From positions 13,020,001 through 13,084,000 of the forward strand of contig JANJGN010000034.1 of assembly GCA_026770705.1 (NCBI GenBank): a stretch of 64,000 bases of DNA. The letters are read 5' to 3'. Of the stretch, positions 25,183 to 37,057 are shown one piece after another. Source of the DNA: Isurus oxyrinchus. Lineage: Eukaryota. Every line of letters starts with the position of its first letter. Within the stretch, counting starts at the first letter, position 1. The notes beneath the pieces are model-generated. The model worked only from the letters and a program-made list of their open reading frames with translations. It searched no databases and was not told where the DNA came from. Position numbers and translations under genes: made by a program.

Positions 25183-26468
25183 TGTAAGGGAATGATACTA
25201 TTGGAATCTCCAAGCAGCCAGTTCCTGCAAGTACATAAACAATTAAAAAGCACCACATGAACCTTTTACACCCTCAGGGTCTGTGATCATCAGCCAGATC
25301 CTGAGAACCAGGCTGGATAAAGCGGAATGTAAATACGCTAGATTAAGTGTCCTAGGAGTCAGACTGGAGACTTTGGTTGTACAAAATAACTAAGATTGAG
25401 CCTGTTTACATTAGATATTGAAAGAACAGATGGTCTTAGTTTAGGTAGGGTTTCTGCCTGGGTGCATGTACCTGTTACCAGAGATGTCTGTTTAATGTAA
25501 ACCAATATTGTGACGAGATCGGAATCTGGAAACTGTTCTTGTACGTGACCAATAATGTATAAAAATGCTGAGCGCTTGTAATCTAGCAGAGTGCTGTCTC
25601 AAGCTGCATTGAGATGGTTCTCTCCTAGCAATTGCTTAAATAAACAATCGTGACCTGTACCAGAGACTCCTGCAGTCCGTTTGTCAAAGCTACCACATCA
25701 GTTTGGCATCGTCGGCAGGATACTCGGACCGGATCCTCGGGACGGCTCTGCAGAGTGGGTGAGTATATTTTATTTACCACCCGTAGTTAGTGCAGTAAGC
25801 CCACCCAAGAGTGGTCTGGTCGAGTGTCAAAAGAATCGGGAGGAGGACATGGGACAGGAGACAGGAGGCGCCAGGTTAGGAGGCGGAGCCACGCAGGTGG
25901 GCTACAGTTTGAAACAGAACCATAGCTGAAGACATGCAGGAAGGCCAGACCCCAGAGAAATATGTAGACCGCACAAACACCGCAAATAACTAAGTTGTTA
26001 GGGCTGCGCAAACCTACTGCACAGAGACAAACAGGGATATAAGAACAGAAAGCCGTCAGGAAAAGAGAATAGGGCTATGGAACTCGACTGGGTAACCGCG
26101 GACTCCATCAGGAGATTCATAGCAGAACAACGGTCACAATTAATCAAGAAAATGGGGAAGGGTGATTGGGACCCAAAAGATCCGCTTACTGAATTTTCTG
26201 TAACTTAAAAAAATGAATTGCTCTAAGTTACAAGAGCTGCTTGTACTGAAGAAAGAGATAAAGAGAGAGAGAGGAAAGGTGGGTACCCCTAGGGGAGTTA
26301 ATAAGCACTGAGAGGCAGGAGCAGGGGAAATGAGACCTTTCATCAGTTTGATGGTCCCTATATGTGGAGCCTTCAAGGTCCCTTTATTTCCCCCACTGCT
26401 ATTTGAAGTTTTGTTTAGAATATGAGAGTTTTAAGCTGTTAAGTTAAGGATACAGGAATATAAATACA
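25183..26468 (+). mobile_element. ERV or LTR-element remnant: LTR about 25183-25700, tRNA-Ser PBS 25704-25721, decayed leader
   Basis: TG start, tataaaaa near 25558, aataaa 25639-25644, CA end; TGGCATCGTCGGCAGGAT matches the tRNA-Ser 3' complement (TGGCGTAGTCGGCAGGAT, recalled) at 16/18; donor gg|gtgagt near 25758. Confidence 0.75.
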
Positions 26469-26484
26469 TGCCTCTAAATGTATA

Positions 26485-27824
26485 AAACAAAAACAGAATT
26501 ACCTGGAAAAACTCAGCAGTTCTGGCAGCATCGGCGGAGAAGAAAAGAGTTGACGTTTCGAGTCCTCATGACCCTTCGACAGAACTTGAGTTCGAGTCCA
26601 AGAAAGAGTTGAAATATAAGCTGGTTTAAGGTGTGTGTTGAGGGGGGGGGGGGGTGCGGAGAGAGAGAGAGAGAAGTGGAGGGGGTTGGTGTGGTTGTAG
26701 GGACAAACAAGCAGTGATAGAAGCAGATCATCAAAAGATGTCACCAACAATAGAACAAAACAACACATAGGTGTTAAAGTTGGTGATATTATCTAAACGA
26801 ATGTGCTAATTAAGAATGGATGGTAGGGCACTCAAGGTATAGCTCAAGTGGGGGTGGGGAGAGCATAAAAGATTTTAAAATATTTAAAAATATTGGAAAT
26901 AGGTGGGAAAAGAAAAATCTATATAATTTATTGGAAAAAAAACAAAAGGAAGGGGGAAACAGAAAGGGGGTGGGGATGGGGGAGGGAGCTCAAGACCTAA
27001 AGTTGTTGAATTCAATATTCAGACCGGAAGGCTGTAAGGTGCCTAGTCGGAAGATAAGGTGTTGTTCCTCCAGTTTGCGTTGGGCTTCACTGGAACAATG
27101 CAGCAAGCCAAGGACAGACATGTGGGCAAGAGAGCAGGGTGGAGTGTTAAAATGGCAAGCGACAGGGAGGTTTGGGTCATTCTTGCGGACAGACCGCAGG
27201 TGTTCTGCAAAGCGGTCGCCCAGTTTACGTTTGGTCTCTCCAATGTAGAGGAGACCACATTGGGAGCAACGAATGCAGTAGACTAAGTTGGGGGAAATGC
27301 AAGTGACATGCTGCTTCACTTGAAAGGAGTGTTTGGGCCCTTGGACGGTGAGGAGAGAGGAAGTGAAGGGGCAGGTGTTAAATCTTTTGCGTGGGCATGG
27401 GGTGGTGCCATAGGAGGGGGTTGAGGAGTAGGGGGTGATGGAGGAGTGGACCAGGGTGTCCCGGAGGGAGCGATCCCTACGGAATGCCGATAAGGGGGGT
27501 GAAGGGAAGATGTGTTTGGTGGTGGCATCATGCTGGAGTTGGCGGAAATGGCGGAGGATGATCCTTTGAATGCAGAGGCTGGTGTGGTGATAAGTGAGGA
27601 CAAGGGGGACCCTATCATGTTTCTGGGAGGGAGGAGAAGGCGTGAGGGCGGATGGGCGGGAGATGGGCCGGACACGGTTGAGGGCCCTGTCAACGACCGT
27701 GGGTGGAAAACCTCGGTTAAGGAAGAAGGAGGACATGTCAGAGGAACTGTTTTTGAAGGTAGCATCATCGGAACAGATGTGACGGCGGTGAAGGAACTGA
27801 GAGAATGGGATGGAGTCCTTACAG
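26485..27824 (-). mobile_element. PLE inverted arm (RT C-terminus, GIY-YIG, 3' UTR)
   Basis: ORF 26990-27970 with KDSIPFSQF and NLVYCIRC..LYIGET; reverse complement of about 28730-30060. Confidence 0.95.
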
Positions 27825-30093
27825 TTCGTCAACTGGCAGACACTTCCTCCTACCTCTCCCTGGACCATGACCCCACCACTGAACATCAAGCCATTGTTTC
27901 CAGGACTGTCACTGACCTCATCTCCTCTGGGGATCTTCCTCCCACAGCTTCCAACCTGATAGTCACCCAACCTCAGACGGCCCGCTTCTATCTCCTACCC
28001 AAAATCCACAAACAGAACTGCCCCGGTAGACCGATCATGTCAGCTTGCTCCTGCCCCACAGAACTCATTTCTCGTTATCTTGACTCCCTTCTCTCTCCCC
28101 TTGTCCAGTCCCTTCCCACCTACATCCGTGATTCCTCTGACACCTTACATCACATGAACAATTTCCAGTTCCCTGGCCCTAACCGCTTCCTCTTCACCAT
28201 GGACGTCCAATCCCTCTACACCTCCATCCCCCACCAGGATGGTCTGAGGGCCCTTAGCTTCTTCCTCGAACAGAGGCCTGAACAATCCCCATCCACCACT
28301 ACTCTCCTCCGTCTGGCTGAACTTGTTCTCATGCTAAACAATTTCTCCTTCAACTCCTCTCACTTCCTCCAAATAAAAGGTGTGGCTATGGGTACCCGCA
28401 TGGGCCCCAGCTATGCCTGTCTCTTTATGGGGTATGTGGAACATTCCTTGTTCCAGTCCTACTCCGGCTCCCTTCCACAACTCTTTCTCCGGTACATCAA
28501 TGATTACTTCGGTGCCGCTTCATGCTCTCGTTGGGACTTGGAAAAATTTATTAATTTTGCTTCCAATCTCCACCCCTCCATCATTTTCACGTGTTCCATC
28601 TCTGACACTTCCCTTCCCTTCCTTGACCTCTCTGTCTCAATCTCTGGTGATAGACTGTCCACCAATATCCATTACAAACCCACCGACTCCCACAGCTACC
28701 TCGACTACAGCTCCTCACACCCCACTTCCTGTAAGGACTCCATCGCATTCTCTCAGTTCCTTCACCTCCGTCGCATCTGTTCTGATGATACTACCTTCAA
28801 AAACAGTTCCTCTGACATGTCCTCCTTCTTCCTTAACCGAGGTTTTCTACCCACAGTCGTTGACAGGGCCCTCAACCGTGTCCGGCCCATCTCCCGCGCA
28901 TCCGCCCTCACGCCTTCTCCTCCCTCCCAGAAACATGATAGGGTCCCCCTTGTCCTCACTTATCACCCCATCAGCCTCCGCATTCAAAGGATCATCCTCC
29001 GCCATTTCCGCCAACTCCAGCATGATGCCACCACCAAACACATCTTTCCTTCACCCCCCTTATCGGCATTCCATAGTGATCGCTCCCTCCGGGACACCCT
29101 GGTCCACTCCTCCATCACCCCCTACTCCTCAACCCCCTCCTATGGCACCACCCCATGCCCACGCAAAAGATGCATCACCTGCCCCTTCACTTCCTCTCTC
29201 CTCACCGTCCAAGGGCCCAAACACTCCTTTCAAGTGAAGCAGCATTTCACTTGCATTTCCCCCAACTTAGTCTACTGCATTCGTTGCTCCCAATGTGGTC
29301 TCCTCTACATTGGAGAGACCAAACGTAAACTGGGCAACCGCTTTGCAGAACACCTGCAGTCTGTCCGCAAGAATGACCTAAACCTCCCTGTCGCTTGCCA
29401 TTTTAACACTCCACCCTGCTCTCTTGCCCACATGTCTGTCCTTGGCTTGCTGCATTGTTCCAGTGAAGCCCAACGCAAACTGGAGGAACAACACCTTATC
29501 TTCCGACTAGGCACCTTACAGCCTTCCAGACTGAATATTGAATTCAACAACTTTAGGTCTTGAGCTCCCTCCCCCATCCCCACCCCCTTTCTGCTTCCCC
29601 CTTCCTTTTGTTTTTATTTCCAATAAATTATATAGATTTTTCTTTTCCCACCTATTTCCATTATTTTTAAATATTTTAAAATCTTTTATGCTCCCCCCAC
29701 CCCTACTAGAGCTGTACCTTGAGTGCCCTACCATCCATTCTTAATTAGCACATTCGTTTAGATAGTGTCACCAACTTTAACACCTATGTGTTGTTTTGTT
29801 CTATTGTTGGTGACATCTTTTGATGATCTGCTTCTATCACTGCTTGTTTGTCCCTACAACCACACCACCCCTCCACTTCTCTCTCTCTCTCCGCCCCCCC
29901 TGCCCCCCACACACCTTAAACCAGCTTATATTTCAACTCTTTCTTGGACTCGAACTCAAGTTCTGTCGAAGGGTCATGAGGACTCGAAATGTCAACTCTT
30001 TTCTTCTCCGCCGATGCTGCCAGACCTGCTGAGTTTTTCCAGGTAATTCTTTTTTTGTTTTGGATTTCCAGCATCCGCAGTTTTTTTTGTTTT
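27825..30093 (+). mobile_element. 5'-truncated PLE with uninterrupted RT plus GIY-YIG ORF (stop at 29563)
   Basis: FYLLPKIHK, GRPI, MDVQSLYTSIP, GVAMG, FLRYINDYF (YIDD altered to YIND), PFLDL, YKPT, LVYCIRC..YIGET. Confidence 0.96.
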
Positions 30094-31610
30094 TGCCTCT
30101 AAATATATGTTTGTTTGTGAGCAAGGAAGCCTTTCTCTGTGAGCTTTAATGTTTTCCTTCCTTAGATTGTCATTTGTGTGTGTAGTTCAGCATTTTAGAG
30201 TTGAAAGCCCATGTTAGATTAAAGGAAAAGTATACTCAAACATTCCGAAGTTTTGAGCATAAGGTTTGAATTGAGATTTCTGGCAAAAAAAATCACAATT
30301 TGAAGTTATAGTAAAGCTAAACAGGCTTCGATGAACCAACCTTTGTACCACCTCCTTGCAGATTGGTATCACCAGCTTCCAAGCTGATTGGGATTGATAT
30401 ATATGAGTTGCATTAACTTGTACGAGTTAGTATTCTAAAATTCTGAGGAAAAAGTTACCTGAAGTTCAAAGGATTCTAGGAATACCAAAAGGCATAAACA
30501 CATGGTCTAGGTGGTTCCAATGGATAAAAAGGGGTTTCTTTTGAAGAGATGAATTAAAATATTAAAGGAAATCTGCTTTCCAAAAGCACTGTAATTTGAA
30601 TTTGGGACAATCTTGAGATGTAAAGTGCAGTGTAATTTAACAGGTTACTTTGAATAACGAGGATGCTATCTAAGGTTAAGAATGTGTTGATAAACATATG
30701 GGACTTCTAATCTGGATACAAATCATTAAACATGAAAAAAGAGGTTGTTTTAATTTTGATAGTGTAAATTACAGTTCTTACAAAGTTTAAAAATTTGAGG
30801 TTCGGTTCCTGATAATTTCTCAAAAGGGAATTTTCATTTTAAAAGGTTTTTGACAACAATTGGCACTAATTCAAATGCTGCAAGCTTTTGTATTTGTAAA
30901 GTCTGTTCCCAAAATGTGAAACTAAGCTCAAGACCTTGACACAGTTTGGCAGAAATCCAATTTTTGGCTGAGTTAATGAATCTGGTATAATTCTAAGGGT
31001 CAGACACAATTTAGTGGGTTATTTTTGAGACAATAAAGTGTTTTTTGAGAAGAAGATAAGGAAGCAAAACATGTCAATGCCTGATTTCTGTTTTAAAACA
31101 GCTATGAGAATATTTTACTTATTTTAAAGTCTCTCTGAACAAGATCAGATGGTAGCTGGTGTATGTGTATGAGGCAAGGAGGAGAAAGAGTTAGGGAAAG
31201 AGGATACAATATACAAACTGTTTTAAGGGAAGCGAATTTGATAATCTGGCCATCGGCTGAGACATTGGAAAAGCACAGGGGGAGATAAGCAAGGATCTAG
31301 AGACAGAGATCCTCGTTGATGTGGAATAGTTAAAAGGGCCTAAAGAGCAAGGAAACATTATAAACGATCAAGACAATAGAGAAACTGAACTCAAAAGAAT
31401 CTTAGGATGATCATAATCAGGGGAAAAAAACTTAGAGGTTATACTATGTGGAATCTATAGTTCAGGCATTTGAAAGGTAAGGAGAAATAACAGTTAATAA
31501 CAATTTACCACAAGATGGATACTGGTAAAGGGAAAGCTGGAAAAAGGCTAAATAGATGTATTACTGACTAAATTAATGAAAGACCACAGACGATTAATGT
31601 CAATCTCACA

Positions 31611-31656
<46 letters not shown>

Positions 31657-31663
31657 CACACAC

Positions 31664-32604
31664 TGTAAACAGAATATAATTTTTCCTAATATTACTGTGG
31701 GTGCTGAGAGTGTGTGGCTAATTTAACTAAACTGAAGACAGTCAGGCTGCAAGGTTCAAATCATCAAAGGGTTTGATATAAAAACAGACATTTTGAAATG
31801 GAGATGAACAAGCTAACATTCACATGTGTAGAGAGGCTGTAGATAAGTTGAGAGGTTGTTTCAATTTCAAAGAGGAGTTAGAAGGTGAAGGAAAATGTTT
31901 GCGTCTTGCAGGAGTTCAAAGGTAAACAAGTTTATCGACCTAAAAACAAAGATAAGATGGAAACATGAAATATCTTAAATTTGGAAGAGTTTGAGTTTCA
32001 AAGAAAGTTTAGAACAATGGACTTAGAGATAAAAGAGGAAAATATAGTTAAGGGAAGGTTGAAAGCTGTGTGTCGATTGGCCATGTGAGATCTTGAAACA
32101 TGGGCTGTGCGAGGGCAGATTTGTGGAAAGCAGCTCCTAGCCCCGCCCCAGAGAAGCGCTTGCTTGTTCTAGGAAGCCAGGTGGTGTTAAAAGTCTTCGG
32201 TTTCCATTGCTGAGTGAGAGGAAGACAGAAGCTGTGAAATACCTCCCTAACAGTGGGTGCCATGTGGTAATATTACTGAATGTTTTGTAGATTAAGAATC
32301 TATTTGGACTGTTGTCTGGTAAAGGGTGTTTATTTGGAGTCTAGCTAGGTAGAAATCTTTTGGGAAATGTTATAAAACTAAATTTAACTGTGTATCTGTA
32401 ATCTTGTGTGCTTAAGTTCTTTTTGTTAATATATGTTTGAATTTAATCTTTAAAATCTCAAAGGTGGTAGTAAACTCTTTATTTCTGACCTCAGTGCACA
32501 TATCTTCTCATAATAGAGTACAAATTACAAATCGTTGTGATAGCTTGGCCAAGTTTTTGTTTGGGATTTAGTCAGCCCGGCAATTGCCACCTGCCATGTC
32601 ACAA
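31664..32604. mobile_element. About 940-bp LTR-like interspersed repeat, copy 2, in (CA)n
   Basis: Colinear with 24151-25104 with the same termini. Confidence 0.7.
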
Positions 32605-33126
32605 CACACACACATATACATACACTCTCTCTCTCTCTCTCTCTCATGCACACAGACACACACACATACAGGCACTGAGAGCTCAGAGGGTTAATGTCAA
32701 TCTCACTCCAGTCAACCAGGGAATAAATTCGAAGAATAACACAAGCAAAATTGAAACTCGTTGAGTTTCATTCTGGATTAGGCACTGCAAGTTTATCCCC
32801 ACCGTACATTGATGATGTGACTGCTGACTGACTTCAAGACAAACATTAAATTTGACTCTTTACTCGGTTAGCTGTAAATATATCAGGGTGTAAAGCATCT
32901 GAGAGCACAGCTGATATGAAAAAGGTGGAATACAGCGTGGGTAATGGAGAGTGAAGCTCCTCTATAGAATGAATGGTTCTTGTTGTTGGTGAATTTAGGA
33001 GCTGGAGTTTATGTTTGAAGAGGTTCCTAGTGCCTCTAACAGCTGAACTGGGGCCTCTGGGAAGAGAGGCTATGCCTGCTGTTGTTTCCCCTCCTGTCCA
33101 CTGGAGGCCCATCTTGCTCTCCTCAG

Positions 33127-34545
33127 GAGAGAGAAGAGAGAGAAAAGGGACAGAGAGTAAAAAAGAGACAGAGGGAGAGAGAAAAAAGAGACAGAGGGAG
33201 AGAGAAAAAAGAGACAGAGGGAGAGAGAAAAAAGAGACAGAGGGAGAGAGAAAAAAGAGACAGAGGGAGAGAGAAAAAAGAGACAGAGGGAGAGAGAAAA
33301 AAGAGACANNNNNNNNNNNNNNNNNNNNNNNNNNNNNNNNNNNNNNNNNNNNNNNNNNNNNNNNNNNNNNNNNNNNNNNNNNNNNNNNNNNNNNNNNNNN
33401 NNNNNNNNNNNNNNNNNNNNNNNNNNNNNNNNNNNNNNNNNNNNNNNNNNNNNNNNNNNNNNNNNNNNNNNNNNNNNNNNNNNNNNNNNNNNNNNNNNNN
33501 NCAGAGAGTAAAGAGACAGAGGGAAAGAGAACGAGACAGAGAGAAAAGTGAGAGAGAACAAAGACATTGAGAGAGAAAAAGAGAGAGAGAGAAAAAAGAG
33601 AGAGAAAAAAGAGAGAGAAAAAAGAGACAAAGAGAGAGAAAAAGAGATGGAGAGAGAGAGAGAGAAAGAGACAGAGAGAGAGTAAGAGGCAGACAGAGAG
33701 AGACAAAAGAGACAGAGGGAGAGAGAAAAAAGAGACAGAGAGAGACAGAGAGAGAAATAGATGGACAGAGAGAGAAAAAGAGACAGAGGGAGAGAGAAAA
33801 AGAGACAGAGAGAGAAAAAAGAAACAAAGAGAGTAAAGAAGCAGAGAGAGAAAAAAAGAGATAGGGAGAGAGAGAAAAGGGAACAGAGTAAAGAGGCAGA
33901 GAGAGATGAAAACAGACACAGAGAGAGAAAGAGACAGAGAGAGAAAAAGACAGAAAATAGAGATAGATAGAAAGAAACAGACAGAGAGAGAAAAAGAGAC
34001 ACGTAGAGAAAAAGAGAGAAAATAGAGACAGAGAAAGAAAGAAACAGGCAGAGAGAGAAAAAGACTCAGAGAAAACGAGACAGAGAGAGAGAAAAGGAAG
34101 AGAGGTAGATAAAAAAGAGACAGAGAGAGAAAAAAAGAGAGGGAGAGAAAGAGAGAGAGGAAGAGAAAAAAAGAAACAGAGAGTAAAGAGACAGAGGGAA
34201 AGAGAACGAGACAGAGAGAAAAGTGAGAGAGAACAAAGACATAGAGAGAGAAAAAGAGAGAGAGAGAAAAAAGAGAGAGAAAAAAGAGACAAAGAGAGAG
34301 AAAAAGAGACAGACAGAAAAGGAAACAGAGAGAGAGAAAAGAGATGGAGAGAAAAAAAAGACGGGAAGAGAGAAAAACAGACAGAGAGAGAAAAACAGAT
34401 AGAGAGAGAGAAAAGGCAGAGAGAGAAAAAAAGAGACGGGGAAAAAGACAGAGAGAAAAACAGAGAGAGAGAAAAGGCAGAGAGAGAGAAAGAGAGACAA
34501 AGGGAAAAAGACAGAGAAAGAAAAAAAGACAGGCAGAGAAAAAAT
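33127..34545. repeat. AG-rich low-complexity tract with an N gap
   Basis: Directly visible (agagacagagggagagagaaaaa units). Confidence 0.95.
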
Positions 34546-35071
34546 CAGCTGGGGCTGCGATTCAGGCAATATCTTCACCCTCACACAAACCTCAGAGGCA
34601 AACTTGACATGTTTGTGTTTGAAAAATATACTTTATTCTTAAAATATCTGTAAGATCATTACAAAACACTTCAAAATGGCCATCACAAAAAGGGCAATCA
34701 CATTCCAGTCTTTCCAGAGGCAAACTTCACACACCGATGTACTAAACTCAGGCAATCCACATGCGGAGAGACAGAATGGCTGTCAAACTCACCCTGACAT
34801 ACCTCCAGGTGGGTCAGGCCTCCCAAATCACAGTTCGTCCAATCAGGTGCCAGCTACCTCCACCGCACACACAGGTATGGGGCAGATCAAGGTTGATCTT
34901 GGTGGAATGGGAGGGTGGGGGTAGAGGGGGATGGAGAGGGTAACCTCCAGGCAAATGGTTTAGCCCAGAGCTGTCTCTGTCCTTGTCTGCACTAGTCCCA
35001 AGCCACAGAACCAATGGAATACACAAAGGCTCCAATTTAAAGCGTGATGCCAGCCAGCATATCCTGGGAAC

Positions 35072-35932
35072 AGGTCTGACAGCATCTGTGGAGAGGAAGA
35101 CAGAGTTAACGTTTCGAGTCCTTATGACTCTTCAAGAGCCATACGGACTCGAAAAGTTAACCCTGTCTGAAGAGTCATACGGACTCGAAACGTTAACTCT
35201 ATCTGAAGAGTCATACGGACTCGAAACGTTAACCCTGTCTGGAGAGTCGTACGGACTCAAAACGTTAACTCTGTCTGAAGAGTCATACGGACTTGAAACG
35301 TTAAGCCTGTCTGAAGAGTCATACGGACTCGAAATGTTAACTCTGAAGAGTCATACGGACTCGAAACGTTAACCCTGTCTGAAGAGTCATACGGACTCGA
35401 AATGTTAACCCTGTCTGAAGAGTCATACGGACTCGAAATGTTAACCCTGTCTGAAGAGTCATACGGACTCGAAATGTTAACCCTGTCTGAAGAGTCGTAC
35501 GGACTCGAAACGTTAACTCTGTCTGAAGAGTCATACGGACTTGAAACGTTAAGCCTGTCTGAAGAGTCATACGGACTCGAAATGTTAACTCTGAAGAGTC
35601 ATACGGACTCGAAACGTTAACCCTGTCTGAAGAGTCATATGGACTTGAAATGTTAACCCTGTCGGGAGAGTCATACGGACTTGAAATGTTAACCCTGTCT
35701 GGAGAGTCATACGGACTCGAAACATTAACCCTGTCTGGAGAGTCATACGGACTCGAAACGTTAACTCTGTCTGAAGAGTCATACGGACTCGGAATGTTAA
35801 CCCTGTCTGAAGAGTCATACGGACTCGAAACGTTAACTGTATTCCTCTCCGCAGATGCTGTCAGACCTGCTGAGTTTTTCCAGCTATTTTTGTTTTTGTT
35901 TCAGATTTCCAGCATCCACAGTCTTTTGCTAT
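35072..35932 (+). mobile_element. PLE-derived insertion: short inverted 3' piece, about 20 x 36-bp hammerhead-like units, PLE tail; 12-bp TSD
   Basis: Unit ctgtctgaagagtcatacggactcgaaacgttaacc; tatcctgggaac at 35060-35071 and 35933-35944; tail matches the PLE at 62903-63035. Confidence 0.9.
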
Positions 35933-36249
35933 TATCCTGGGAACGGCCGGTTTCACATTCACTGCTCATTTCAACTGCATGAAAGCAGGTAGCTTGCTTA
36001 CAGCGTGGAGAGGGAGAGATCAGAAATGTTCCACTGAATTTAAACACACGTGCAATGACTCCAATGATTTGAATTACTCCACCCTTGATCAGGCCAGAAG
36101 CTTGGTCAGGTGTAAAGAGAATTCTTCATTTCCTTCAAATCTACTTTATTAGTGAACATTTATCCAAAGTGCATGACATAACCGTTCAAAGCAGACATTA
36201 TAGAAGGGCCAAACCAAAACAGTTCCTTCCCATTCTGTTAGTAACTCAC

Positions 36250-36650
36250 TGCAGAGTAGATCACCCTCTACACTGTCCCAAACACTCCCAGGACAGGGAC
36301 AGCACGCGGTTAGATACAGAGTAAAGCTCCCTCTCCACTGTCCCAAACACTCCCAGGACAGGGACAGCACGCGGTTAGATACAGAGTAAAGCTCCTTCTC
36401 CACTGTCCCAAACACTCCCAGGACAGGTACAGCACGGGGTTAGATACAGAGTAAAGCTCCCTCTACACTGACCCCATCAAACACTCCCAGGACAGGTACA
36501 GCACGGGGTTAGATACAGAGTAAAGCTCCCTCTACACTGTCCCCATCAAACATTCCCAGGACAGGTACAGCACAGGGTTAGATACAGAGTAAAGCTCCCT
36601 CTACACTGTCCCCATCAAACACTCACAGGACAGGGTTAGACAGAGAGTCA
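36250..36650. repeat. 65-69 bp tandem repeat, about 6 copies
   Basis: ctccctctacactgtccccatcaaacactcccaggacaggtacagcacggggttagatacagagtaaag units visible. Confidence 0.92.
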
Positions 36651-37057
36651 CCCTCACTCTGCACTATCCTGTCACTGCAACCCGATATTTGAAATGATAC
36701 AATGCTGCCAGATTGTGGTCATCAACTATTACTGCAGGGACTACATGAAATATCGGCAGGTGTAGGGGGAGGGAATGTGCTTTGTCAAGGAGGGACAGAA
36801 CAAATCTTCAAATTAACCACACACCTCAGGTACAAATCCTTATCACCCTCCTAATAGGGTGTGCCATTCATGAGCTCGGGATAATGCCTTGAAATCAGAA
36901 ACCCTTCCTGTTCAGACACGTTTCTTTGATAGAGGCAAAGGTTACAAAATATTTTATTAAACTCATCTGCCCACTGGTGGAGGGGGCAGACCAGGACAAC
37001 TCCAGTTACTGACAGACTTGTAAAGCAGCAGCTTTCCCACACTGATTATTGGTAATC

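Noticed and set aside
27512-27824. N-terminus of the 683-aa ORF as real PLE protein
   Set aside because: It is antisense read-through of the inverted arm.
32846-34607. Phe/Leu/Ser-rich and Arg/Glu-rich ORFs
   Set aside because: AG low-complexity sequence and an N gap.
35135-35840. CRISPR array (36-bp palindromic repeats)
   Set aside because: No spacers, no cas genes, eukaryotic context, and the unit derives from a PLE end.
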